From a virus: 64,000 bases of DNA. A model generated the notes under the pieces. It ran no database searches. It had not been told where the DNA came from and saw nothing but the letters and a program-made list of their open reading frames with translations. The DNA lies in IMG/VR virus record IMGVR_UViG_3300045988_103931, positions 10,801-74,800 of that record; one strand, 5' to 3'. The position numbers and the translations under genes were made by a program. Shown here piece by piece: positions 44,138 to 52,448 of this stretch. The stretch's first letter is position 1; every line of letters starts with the position of its first letter.

Positions 44138-44551
44138 ATGAGAATTAAGTTGGACGAATTTGCTTTCATGCCATTAAGAGCTTACAAGAACGACGCGGGG
44201 CTTGACTTGCGTGCGCCTTATGACGTGTGGCTCGATAGAGAATCATACACCACCATAGACACTGGGGTTCATGTAGAACTGCCACAAGGAACGGTAGGGA
44301 TGTTGAAAAGCAAAAGCGGATTGAATGTAAAACATGGAATTGTAAGCGAAGGAGTTATAGATCAAGGGTACACGGGTTCTATCGTTGTGAAGCTGTACAA
44401 TCACGGCAGTTCTGCTTATAGGATTCATGCAGGAGATAAGATAACACAGCTTGTTATAGTGCCTGTTGTTATCCCAGAAGAAATTGAGGTTGTGGACACA
44501 CTCGAAACAACAGAACGAGGTAATGACGGCTTTGGCAGCACAGGAAAATGA
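44138..44551 (+). CDS. dut: dUTP diphosphatase
   Basis: NDAGLDLRA, GMLKSKSGL, IDQGYTGSI, RGNDGFGSTG, the five trimeric dUTPase motifs. Confidence 0.9.
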   Translation: MRIKLDEFAFMPLRAYKNDAGLDLRAPYDVWLDRESYTTIDTGVHVELPQGTVGMLKSKSGLNVKHGIVSEGVIDQGYTGSIVVKLYNHGSSAYRIHAGDKITQLVIVPVVIPEEIEVVDTLETTERGNDGFGSTGK

Positions 44552-44565
44552 AAGAGGTGGCGTAA

Positions 44566-44991
44566 GTGAAACAATTGGATGAAATAATTGAATTGCGGCG
44601 TGATATAAATAGCATTATCGAACGGCTTTCGGAACTAAAACAAATGACGCAACCGAGAGTACAAACAATTACCGATATGCCCCGTGGCGGCGGTGATAGA
44701 AAAAATGTCATAGAAGAATACATAATAAAGTCGGAAAGACTAAGCAAAAAACTTGATGATAAGAAACATGAGCTTGAAAAGAAATGGACGGTTGTCAAAG
44801 ACCTTTCACAAAAAGCACAACTCACAGAAGCGCAACAGGAGATGATAAAAGCGAGGTTCTATAATGCCTTGCCGTGGAAAAAATGCGTAGAAGTCATGAA
44901 AAAATTATATCCTACAACGGTATGGTCTGAGCAAAAATTATTCCGTATGTATTATGGCGTATTATCTAAGTTTAATAAAACAAAAATATGA
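44566..44991 (+). CDS. late-gene transcriptional regulator-like protein (ArpU/RinA/DUF1492-type, tentative)
   Basis: GTG after GAGGTGG. ITDMPRGGGDRKNVIEEYI and LTEAQQEMIKARF resemble Firmicute phage late activators. Confidence 0.4.
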   Translation: MKQLDEIIELRRDINSIIERLSELKQMTQPRVQTITDMPRGGGDRKNVIEEYIIKSERLSKKLDDKKHELEKKWTVVKDLSQKAQLTEAQQEMIKARFYNALPWKKCVEVMKKLYPTTVWSEQKLFRMYYGVLSKFNKTKI

Positions 44992-45011
44992 AATATTGTG
45001 AAAAATAGCAA

Positions 45012-45040
45012 TAGACAAAAAGTTAATAATATGATAAAAT
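45012..45040 (+). promoter_or_regulatory. sigma-A-type promoter
   Basis: TAGACA-17 nt-TAAAAT. Confidence 0.5.
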
Positions 45041-45096
45041 GTTATTGTGGAATAACAATATAAACATAATTTGTTTTTCATATTCTCTCTTTCTTG

Positions 45097-45128
45097 AACC
45101 CTGTCGAAGATATCGGCGGGGTTTTCTT
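45097..45128 (+). terminator. terminator/attenuator about 85 nt downstream of the promoter
   Basis: AACCCTGTCGA-agata-TCGGCGGGGTT (two G.U pairs that work only in the + strand RNA) followed by TTCTT. Confidence 0.5.
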
Positions 45129-45238
45129 ATGATTATTTTTCGGTTTTAAGGGTGTTAACGCTATGAAATGTCAGGGGCGGGAGACGGTAGCGTATATAGG
45201 GGTAAATGTTTGCAACAAAAAACGGCACAGGAGTGATA

Positions 45239-45745
45239 TTGTTGCAAATAGTCAAAATAAAAGTAGAGGATTTAACACCGTATGCAAACAACACAAAAAA
45301 ACATACGGCAGAACAAATTGAGCAAATCAAAAGCAGTATAATGAAGTTCGGGAATAATGACCCGATAGCGATATCAGGGAGTGAAAACCAAATTATAGAG
45401 GGGCATGGACGGTATATCGCATTAAAAGAGTTAGGGCATAGTGAAGCGTTGTGCATTCGGTTAGACCATCTTAACGAAAGTGAACGCAAAGCCTATGCAA
45501 TTGCTCACAACAAAATCAATGCTAACACTGGTTTTGATATGGAACTGCTCAAAGAAGAAATGGAGAGTTTGCAAGACGTTGACTTTGATCTTGAACTTAC
45601 CGCTTTTGCTGATTGGGAACTTGATAACTTATTGAATCCAGTGTCTGATGAAGATTTACAGGATTTTTTTGTTGAAAAAGAACCGAAAGAAAAAGAACCA
45701 AAGAAAACAAAATGCCCATCGTGCGGCTGTGAGTTTGAATTATGA
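45239..45745 (+). CDS. ParB N-terminal-domain protein (DpdB-like candidate) with C-terminal Zn-ribbon
   Basis: IKVEDLTPYANNTKKH...IIEGHGRYIALKELG...AYAIAHNK. CPSCGC at the C-terminus. Start is TTG 45239 or 45242 after AGGAG (the listed ATG 45206 is possible). Confidence 0.7.
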   Translation: MLQIVKIKVEDLTPYANNTKKHTAEQIEQIKSSIMKFGNNDPIAISGSENQIIEGHGRYIALKELGHSEALCIRLDHLNESERKAYAIAHNKINANTGFDMELLKEEMESLQDVDFDLELTAFADWELDNLLNPVSDEDLQDFFVEKEPKEKEPKKTKCPSCGCEFEL

Positions 45746-46479
45746 AACTCTGTCTTGCAGGAACAAGCGGGGTATACGAGAGTACAAGACCGCACTTAAA
45801 ACAAGTCCCGTATTTATTGGAGAGCTTTTATTATTTTTGCCCTTTTCAGAAACCTTTAATTAAAAGTGCTGATTTGTTTTTGCTCGACAGTGGCGCATTT
45901 ACATTCATGAACGGGGCGAAAGGCAAAGTTAATTGGGATGACTACATAAACAAGTATATATCGTTCATAAACGAGAATGACGTTGAACATTATTTTGAGC
46001 TTGATATTGACGTTATTGTTGGGTATGAAGAAGTAAGGCGCATACGAACTAAAATAGAAAGAGAGACGGGGAAGAAAGCCGTTCCGGTGTGGCACAAATC
46101 AAGAGGAATGGATGAATTCAAAAGGCTTGTGAATGATTATGACTATATAGCAATCGGGGGATTTGCTATTAAGCATATCAAACGCAATGAATACCCTATT
46201 ATCAAGAGGATGGTGCAATACGCCTATGATAACGGAGTAAAAGTTCATGGTTTGGGATTCACGCCAAAAGAAGTTACACAATACAAATTTTATTCGGTCG
46301 ATAGCACAACGTGGCTGAGTTGTCGGAGGTTTGGCAGCTTGTTCGTTTATAATAACGGACAAATGAAAATGATAACGCCGAAAAACCATGGAACACGGAA
46401 AGACAAACAAAGAGAGATTGAGCTATTAACTCTCAAAGAGTGGATAAAATATCAAAAATATCTCAGTAGGAGTTGTTGA
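45742..46479 (+). CDS. dpdA: DpdA-like DNA-guanine transglycosylase (TGT superfamily)
   Basis: ATGA overlap with the ParB gene. FLLDSGAFTF (catalytic Asp motif), IAIGG, VHGLGF, YSVDSTTW. Followed by QueF-like and YhhQ-like genes. Confidence 0.6.
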   Translation: MKLCLAGTSGVYESTRPHLKQVPYLLESFYYFCPFQKPLIKSADLFLLDSGAFTFMNGAKGKVNWDDYINKYISFINENDVEHYFELDIDVIVGYEEVRRIRTKIERETGKKAVPVWHKSRGMDEFKRLVNDYDYIAIGGFAIKHIKRNEYPIIKRMVQYAYDNGVKVHGLGFTPKEVTQYKFYSVDSTTWLSCRRFGSLFVYNNGQMKMITPKNHGTRKDKQREIELLTLKEWIKYQKYLSRSC

Positions 46480-46482
46480 CAT

Positions 46483-46794
46483 TTGATAGAGAACACGCAA
46501 CAAGTGAATTTGATTGAAGCAGACAAACAAATCGTTTTATACTGCCCTATCGGAAAAGATTATTATACGGCGATTGTAAACATTGAGTTTATCCCGAATG
46601 AGTATTATATGGACTACATCAAACTCGATCAATTTCTTAATAGATTGAGCGGACTGAGCCTAACAATTGAAGATGCTGCAAGAGATATTTACGATGAATT
46701 GCGGAGTTACAGACCGTCAAAAGCGAAAGTTACGATTGAAGCATTTAGCAACACTCACCTACACGTCAAGGTAACAAAGGGTGATAACATTTGA
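46483..46794 (+). CDS. QueF-like T-fold protein (preQ0 reductase or QueF-L-type amidinotransferase)
   Basis: LYCPIGKDYYTAIVNIEFIPNEYYMDYIKLDQFL parallels QueF CP.TGQPD...Y.P....ESKSLKLYL. The catalytic Cys is kept and the NADPH (QueF) motif is degenerate. Only 103 aa. Confidence 0.5.
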   Translation: MIENTQQVNLIEADKQIVLYCPIGKDYYTAIVNIEFIPNEYYMDYIKLDQFLNRLSGLSLTIEDAARDIYDELRSYRPSKAKVTIEAFSNTHLHVKVTKGDNI

Positions 46795-47429
46795 GGAAGA
46801 CGCAAGAATCTTTAAATATGCTAACAATTGTATTTATCGTATCGCTTGTTATCTCAAACGTAATAACAGGCAAGGTCATTGATACTGGGATAACATTATT
46901 CGGAAATGCAGTGACGATAGCAGGAGCGGTTATCTGCTATCCAGTGTGTTATCTTATCACGGACATTGTTGGCGAGGTATGGGGCAAACGTGAAGCAAAC
47001 AAAATTGTAAGATACGGCTTTATCGGTCAGGTGATAGCAACACTCATTGTTATTATTACAACCTACACGCCGTATATCGATTCTGAAATGCAAGCGGCAT
47101 ATGTAAAGCTATTGGGGCAGAACTGGGTGTTCGTTGTGGGCAGTCTATCGGCTTACCTTGTTAGTCAGTATCTGGATGTTCACATATTCCACAAACTTAA
47201 AAGCAAGAGCAATAAACATAAATGGTTGAGAAACAACGCAAGTACAATGTTATCTCAATTTGTAGATACAGCGATTTTTATTACTATTGCTTTCGGGTTT
47301 GGGTTTGGATGGATATTCGATAATCAAATTGCATTATTTAATATGCTCATTGGGCAATACGTCATTAAGTTATTTATTGCCATTCTGGACACTCCATTCT
47401 TCTATTATTTCACAAGAGAGCGGCGTTAA
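46791..47429 (+). CDS. yhhQ: queuosine-precursor transporter (YhhQ/DUF165 family)
   Basis: Six or more TM segments. YPVCYLITDIVGEVWG, SQYLDVHIFHKLK....WLRNNASTMLSQFVDTAIFITIAF match the YhhQ pattern (Q.LDV.VF, WLR..ST, DT..F..IAF). Confidence 0.75.
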   Translation: MRKTQESLNMLTIVFIVSLVISNVITGKVIDTGITLFGNAVTIAGAVICYPVCYLITDIVGEVWGKREANKIVRYGFIGQVIATLIVIITTYTPYIDSEMQAAYVKLLGQNWVFVVGSLSAYLVSQYLDVHIFHKLKSKSNKHKWLRNNASTMLSQFVDTAIFITIAFGFGFGWIFDNQIALFNMLIGQYVIKLFIAILDTPFFYYFTRERR

Positions 47430-47466
47430 TGCGTCGCTTTGAAACATTTGAACGAGGTATTATTAT

Positions 47467-48261
47467 ATGCTGTCAGATTTTGATATGATAATTCATAATT
47501 ATCAAATGAATAAGGATATGCTTATCATTCCCGTGTCAGATGTTCATTTAGGAAGCAGGGAACATTTACGCGGAGAATGGAAGAAGTTTTGCGCAGATGT
47601 ATTGAAGCAAGACAATGTATTTATCACACTCGGTGGCGATCTGATTAACAACGCTACCCGTTCAAGTGTTTCGAACATATTTGAAGAAACAATGCGTCCC
47701 TCTGAGCAGAAAAAGGAAATGGCAGAAATGCTTAAACCTTTAGCAGAAGCGGGACGCATTCTTTGTGCTGTCAGAGGTAATCACGAAAAGAGAAGTGGCA
47801 AAGACGCGGACGATGACCCTATGTATGATATTATGGCAAAACTTGATCTTGAAGATATATACAGAGAAAACGTAGCGTTTTTAAAAATCTGTATGGGAGA
47901 TAAAAACGGAGACGGCAAAACAAATCCCACATACTGTTTAGCGCTCACTCACGGCGCGGGTGGTGGCATATACACTGGCGCAGCCGTAAACAGAAATGAA
48001 CGCTTCGGAACTATAATAGACGGCATAGACGGACTTATAGTAGGGCATACACACAAGGGAGCTATAACAAAGCCGATGAAGATATTTGTTGATAAATTCA
48101 ATAACAAGATATCATACAAACAATATGTTGTTATATCTTCCGTGCCGTGGTTGCAATATGGCGGTTATGCTCTTGCCAAAATGATGATACCCGCAACGAG
48201 TGGAGAACCGCAGATAATGAAATTACATAGAAACGAGAAAAAGATAGAACTTACTTGGTAA
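47467..48261 (+). CDS. calcineurin-like metallophosphoesterase
   Basis: VSDVHLG, GGDLIN, RGNHE, VGHTH motifs. Confidence 0.75.
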   Translation: MLSDFDMIIHNYQMNKDMLIIPVSDVHLGSREHLRGEWKKFCADVLKQDNVFITLGGDLINNATRSSVSNIFEETMRPSEQKKEMAEMLKPLAEAGRILCAVRGNHEKRSGKDADDDPMYDIMAKLDLEDIYRENVAFLKICMGDKNGDGKTNPTYCLALTHGAGGGIYTGAAVNRNERFGTIIDGIDGLIVGHTHKGAITKPMKIFVDKFNNKISYKQYVVISSVPWLQYGGYALAKMMIPATSGEPQIMKLHRNEKKIELTW

Positions 48262-48280
48262 TAACAAAGGAGGGGAGGGC

Positions 48281-48808
48281 GTGGCAAACGATAAAACTAA
48301 ACTGACTGATAAGCAAAAGCTATTTGTACAGGAACTTATCAAGAATGGATATAATGCCACACAAGCCGCTCTTGCCGCAGGATATAGCAAATCTTCTGCT
48401 TACGCACAAGGTTCAAGGCTGCTGAAAAATGTTGAGGTTTTGAAATATAAAGATGAATTGTTGACAAGTCTACAACAACCCGCAATAGCAACGATAGAGG
48501 AAATATTACAATACTACACAAGGGTAATGCGCCGCGAGGAAAAAGAGAGTGTTGTTGTCACGATAAAAGAAAAAGTATCTGGGATGGTGCTGAACCCAGA
48601 TACGGGCAAGAGAGAACGGAAGACAGTAGAAAAAGAAAAAGCGGAGATTGTTGAAATTCCTACAAAGGTATCGGACGCAAACAAAGCTGCTGAAATGCTC
48701 GGCAAGAACTATGGTATATGGACTGATAAAGTTAATGTTGAGACAGAGGATAAGGAAATCAACATAAACATAAGGGCGGCAACACCGGAAGACATGGAAG
48801 AAGCGTGA
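48281..48808 (+). CDS. terS: terminase small subunit
   Basis: GTG after GGAGGGGAGGG. LTDKQKLFVQELIKNGYNATQAALAAGYSKSSAYAQGSRLLKN (Terminase_2 HTH). Confidence 0.85.
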   Translation: MANDKTKLTDKQKLFVQELIKNGYNATQAALAAGYSKSSAYAQGSRLLKNVEVLKYKDELLTSLQQPAIATIEEILQYYTRVMRREEKESVVVTIKEKVSGMVLNPDTGKRERKTVEKEKAEIVEIPTKVSDANKAAEMLGKNYGIWTDKVNVETEDKEININIRAATPEDMEEA

Positions 48809-48815
48809 TTAAGGT

Positions 48816-50042
48816 ATGAATATATCGGTTGCAATCAATCCGGCATATATGCCGTATCTTGACAAACCGCAGTTTATGCAAATATTCTATGGCGGTTCTT
48901 CATCCGGCAAGAGTTTTTTTATATGTCAGAAAATTGTGTTAGATAACCTTGCGGGAGTTAACTGGCTTGTGTGCCGTAACGTTGGCAGAACGATACGAAA
49001 GAGCGTATACAACGAAATATGCAAAGCCATATCAAGAATGGGACTTAAAGAGTATTTCAAGGTTAATGCGTCTGATATGGTTATCACCAACAAACTGAAT
49101 GGAAAACAGATATTGTTCACTGGATTGGATGACCCCGAAAAGGTAAAGAGTATAACACCCGCTGACGGTGTGCTTGAACGTGTCTTTGTGGAAGAAGCCA
49201 CAGAGGTTAAACGTCAAGCTATTTTGCAATTAAAGAAACGTCTGCGTGGTCGATCGCCAAAAAGCAAATGTATTATTTTAGCCTTTAACCCGATACTCAA
49301 AACACATTTTATATACAAGGATTTTTTTGGCGGTTGGCAGGACGATAAAACAGTCTATGAAGATAGGGATTTGTTAATTGTCAAGACAACATACAAGGAT
49401 AACATATTCCTAACCGAAGACGATAGACGATTACTTGAAGATGAAACAGACCCATATTTCTATAACGTTTATACATTAGGAAATTGGGGCGTGCTTGGAC
49501 ACGTCATTTTCAAGAATTGGCGTGTTGAGAATATACAAGAACAGATTCCGAACTTTGATAGAGTGCATCAAGGCTGCGACTTTGGTTTTTCTGATGACCC
49601 GAACGCATTGATAAAAGTACATCTCGACAAGGCACACAAAAAGATATATGTGTATGACGAATGGTATCGAGCGGGAATGAATGACGATGAATTATTGAGG
49701 GTATGCAGAAACTTCTGTGGAAATCAATATCTCATATGCGATAGTGCAGAACCTAAAACGATAGATTTTCTTGCTGCAAACAATATTAAAGCAGTTGGAG
49801 CGGTAAAGGGAGCAGACAGCATAAACCGTGGCATACGTTGGCTGCAAAGCTATGAAATCGTAATTGATGTACATTGCCAAAATTTCAAAAATGAGATTGA
49901 GCAATACCATTGGAAAGAGGACAAATACGGCAATGCAATGGCAATACCTGTGGATGAGAACAACCACTTGATAGACGCATTAAGATATGCCTTAAATGAC
50001 GAAATACTTGCGGCAGAAGTAAAAGCAGGAAAGAGATTCTAA
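48816..50042 (+). CDS. terL: terminase large subunit (PBSX/Terminase_3-like)
   Basis: IFYGGSSSGKSF Walker A, VFVEEATE Walker B-like, C-terminal nuclease DxD..NHLIDALRY. Confidence 0.9.
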   Translation: MNISVAINPAYMPYLDKPQFMQIFYGGSSSGKSFFICQKIVLDNLAGVNWLVCRNVGRTIRKSVYNEICKAISRMGLKEYFKVNASDMVITNKLNGKQILFTGLDDPEKVKSITPADGVLERVFVEEATEVKRQAILQLKKRLRGRSPKSKCIILAFNPILKTHFIYKDFFGGWQDDKTVYEDRDLLIVKTTYKDNIFLTEDDRRLLEDETDPYFYNVYTLGNWGVLGHVIFKNWRVENIQEQIPNFDRVHQGCDFGFSDDPNALIKVHLDKAHKKIYVYDEWYRAGMNDDELLRVCRNFCGNQYLICDSAEPKTIDFLAANNIKAVGAVKGADSINRGIRWLQSYEIVIDVHCQNFKNEIEQYHWKEDKYGNAMAIPVDENNHLIDALRYALNDEILAAEVKAGKRF

Positions 50043-50044
50043 TT

Positions 50045-50185
50045 ATGTGCAACCATATATGGAAAAAAGCATTCGAGAACTATGTGTGCGTTCGGTGCGG
50101 ACTTACCCGTTTGCCAGACGGACGCATATTTTTTGATAGGGGATTACCGAATTACAAAGCAAGTAAAAAAAGGAGAAAGAAATGA
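50045..50185 (+). CDS. small Cys-containing basic protein (46 aa)
   Basis: Below the track cutoff. Fills the terL-to-next-gene gap exactly. ATGA overlap with 50182. Confidence 0.4.
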   Translation: MCNHIWKKAFENYVCVRCGLTRLPDGRIFFDRGLPNYKASKKRRKK

Positions 50186-50451
50186 ACGAACAAGATTTTT
50201 ACAAGATGGTAAAGAATGCTGTTGTTGAGTATGCTAACAAGCACCTTGACAAAACAGACAAAGCGCAAATTACGCCTGATGATGTGTTTATCGTTTGGAT
50301 GTGTAAAACATTACAAAACAGCAAGGCTCTTGCGTCCACTACATTGTTTGATGGTATGTACTACGAAGTGACATACAACGGGGATAAACATGAATACTAT
50401 TTTGACGCATATAAGAAGTGGGATAATTTTGCGGTTAAAATCGGTGAATGA
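50182..50451 (+). CDS. hypothetical protein
   Basis: AAAGGAGAAAG SD. 89 aa. Confidence 0.6.
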   Translation: MNEQDFYKMVKNAVVEYANKHLDKTDKAQITPDDVFIVWMCKTLQNSKALASTTLFDGMYYEVTYNGDKHEYYFDAYKKWDNFAVKIGE

Positions 50452-50472
50452 AATCGGTAGGGCGGTGAGAAA

Positions 50473-51951
50473 ATGACAAGAAACGAGATGGAGCTATATC
50501 CGAATTTCACAGGTGAGCTTGAAGCCATTCGCGAAACCGGAATAACAAAAGAGATTCTGCAAAAGATTATCCAAAAGCATAGACCGAACTCACTTTACAA
50601 CCGCCGTCTGTATAACAGATACAAGGCGATCTATGGCGGTGTGCCGATATTCGATAGGCAACCGCGCTATGAAGAAGAAAACCCGATCAATAATAGAATA
50701 AACAATGACTTTTTCAGTGAGATAGTAGATTTCAAAACAGGATACTTTGCAGGAGAGCCTATTTCATACAGCTACAGTGAAACGGATGAATCGGAAGAAT
50801 CCACAGGCGGTGTACAAGGTGTGGATAAAGCCGCAGAAGCATTGACCGACTTCACGACACGGAACAATATGTTCGGCATTGATATGGAAATAACAAAGAA
50901 TGCAAGTATCTATGGATACTCTGGCAGACTGTTCTATATCGACAAAGAGGGCATGGAACGGGTAATGCCTGTACCCGGTTATGAAACTATTATTCTCTCT
51001 GATACAAAGATAGCAGAGCCGGAATACGCTGTCAGGTATTATGAGGTCTCTGACATAAACGATACAAAGCAATGGATAGTAGAGTTTTACGATGATAAGA
51101 ACGTAACCACCTACAAGGGCGATTTAGGCTCTCTGGCGGAGATGGAAACACGTCCGCATATGTTTGACTATTGCCCGTTGCAAGGCATAGCAAATAACGC
51201 TGAACGCATGGGAGATGCTGAAAAGGTTCTTGAACTGATAGACGGCTATGACCGCGCTGTGTCTGACTGCTCCAACGAGATTGAAGCATTTGTTCATGCC
51301 TTGATGGTTGTCGGCGTGAATGTTGATGATGAAGTCATAACTAAAGCACAGAAAAGCGGAGTTCTTATTATTCCACAAGTTGGCTCTAATGTAGTGAATG
51401 ACCCTGTAAAGTGGGTGACGAAGAACATAGACGATGCTTTTTCCGAACACCATTTGCAACGGTTAGAGGATAACATATACAGATTCTCAAAAACGCCAAA
51501 CCTTAACAAAGACCTGTTCAGTAGTTCAAGCGGAAAAGCATTGAAATTCCGGTTGCACCAGTTGGAAACGAAAAGCGCAATGTTTGAGAGTTGCATGATG
51601 GATGCTGCTATTCATATGTGGCGTTTGCTTTCGTCCAGTTGGGCGAAAAAAGGAATCAAATTCGACCCGCTTCAAGTGGTTATGGATTTCAAGAGAAATT
51701 TCCCCACAGAGGTTTTGGAGAATGCGCAAGCTGCACAGGCTCTTATTGCCGCAGGACTGTCTAAGAAACAGGCATGGGCGATTGCTATTCCAGAAGTTGA
51801 CGATCCAGACTATGCGGAAGAAATGGCAAACGCTGAAAAGGAAGATAACATGGCGTTGTATGAAGCCGCTCAACAGGGATTTAATGATTCGGGCGATGAA
51901 CAAGATGAGCCAGACGAAAAAGACGAGCAAAAGAAGCAGGAGGGAATATGA
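50473..51951 (+). CDS. portal protein (SPP1 gp6-like)
   Basis: 492 aa. NRRLYNRYKAIYGGVPIFDR....NNRINNDFFSEIVDFKTGYFAGEPISY is typical of SPP1-family portals. Acidic C-terminus. Follows terL. Confidence 0.85.
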   Translation: MTRNEMELYPNFTGELEAIRETGITKEILQKIIQKHRPNSLYNRRLYNRYKAIYGGVPIFDRQPRYEEENPINNRINNDFFSEIVDFKTGYFAGEPISYSYSETDESEESTGGVQGVDKAAEALTDFTTRNNMFGIDMEITKNASIYGYSGRLFYIDKEGMERVMPVPGYETIILSDTKIAEPEYAVRYYEVSDINDTKQWIVEFYDDKNVTTYKGDLGSLAEMETRPHMFDYCPLQGIANNAERMGDAEKVLELIDGYDRAVSDCSNEIEAFVHALMVVGVNVDDEVITKAQKSGVLIIPQVGSNVVNDPVKWVTKNIDDAFSEHHLQRLEDNIYRFSKTPNLNKDLFSSSSGKALKFRLHQLETKSAMFESCMMDAAIHMWRLLSSSWAKKGIKFDPLQVVMDFKRNFPTEVLENAQAAQALIAAGLSKKQAWAIAIPEVDDPDYAEEMANAEKEDNMALYEAAQQGFNDSGDEQDEPDEKDEQKKQEGI

Positions 51952-52169
51952 TTAAACGCACAATTAAAGAAACTATCCGTGAGTATGACAAAGACGGCAA
52001 GGTGATTCGTGAAACAATTACAGAAACGTCGGAGTATGATAACACTGCTTACTGCCTGACTTGTCCTCATGGTCAGCCTGTCACTATAACCAATACGCCT
52101 ATACGCGATACGTCAGATTGGATAAAAGTGACTTGTACAAATTCAGCAACGACAAATTATGAACACTGA
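51948..52169 (+). CDS. hypothetical protein
   Basis: ATGA overlap with the portal gene. Confidence 0.55.
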   Translation: MIKRTIKETIREYDKDGKVIRETITETSEYDNTAYCLTCPHGQPVTITNTPIRDTSDWIKVTCTNSATTNYEH

Positions 52170-52223
52170 TTTACAAAGTGTTCATAAAATAACATAGAAT
52201 CCATACCGCGAAAAAGGTATAAT
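52159..52223 (+). promoter_or_regulatory. conserved promoter/operator cassette, copy H (inside the morphogenesis module)
   Basis: ATGAACACT-GATTTACA-AAGTGTTCAT (perfect 9-bp inverted repeat), ATAGAAT, ATACCGCGAAAAAGGTATAAT. Overlaps the 3' end of 51948-52169. Confidence 0.6.
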
Positions 52224-52448
52224 ATAATCACAAGGAAAAAGAACAACCCCCGAAGAAAGAACCGGGGGCGCGGATACAATCGCTGTCGTGGACGAGTTGA
52301 AAAGCACCGTCCAGCCGAAGCCGCTGAGAAATCGGGTAGGTGAGGTTGATAGTTGCACTGGCTATCACATGATATGCAGGACAACGAAGCGAATTAAAGA
52401 GCCGTAGACGGGTTGTTCTTGAATACTTGCTCATATGGAGGTGATATA

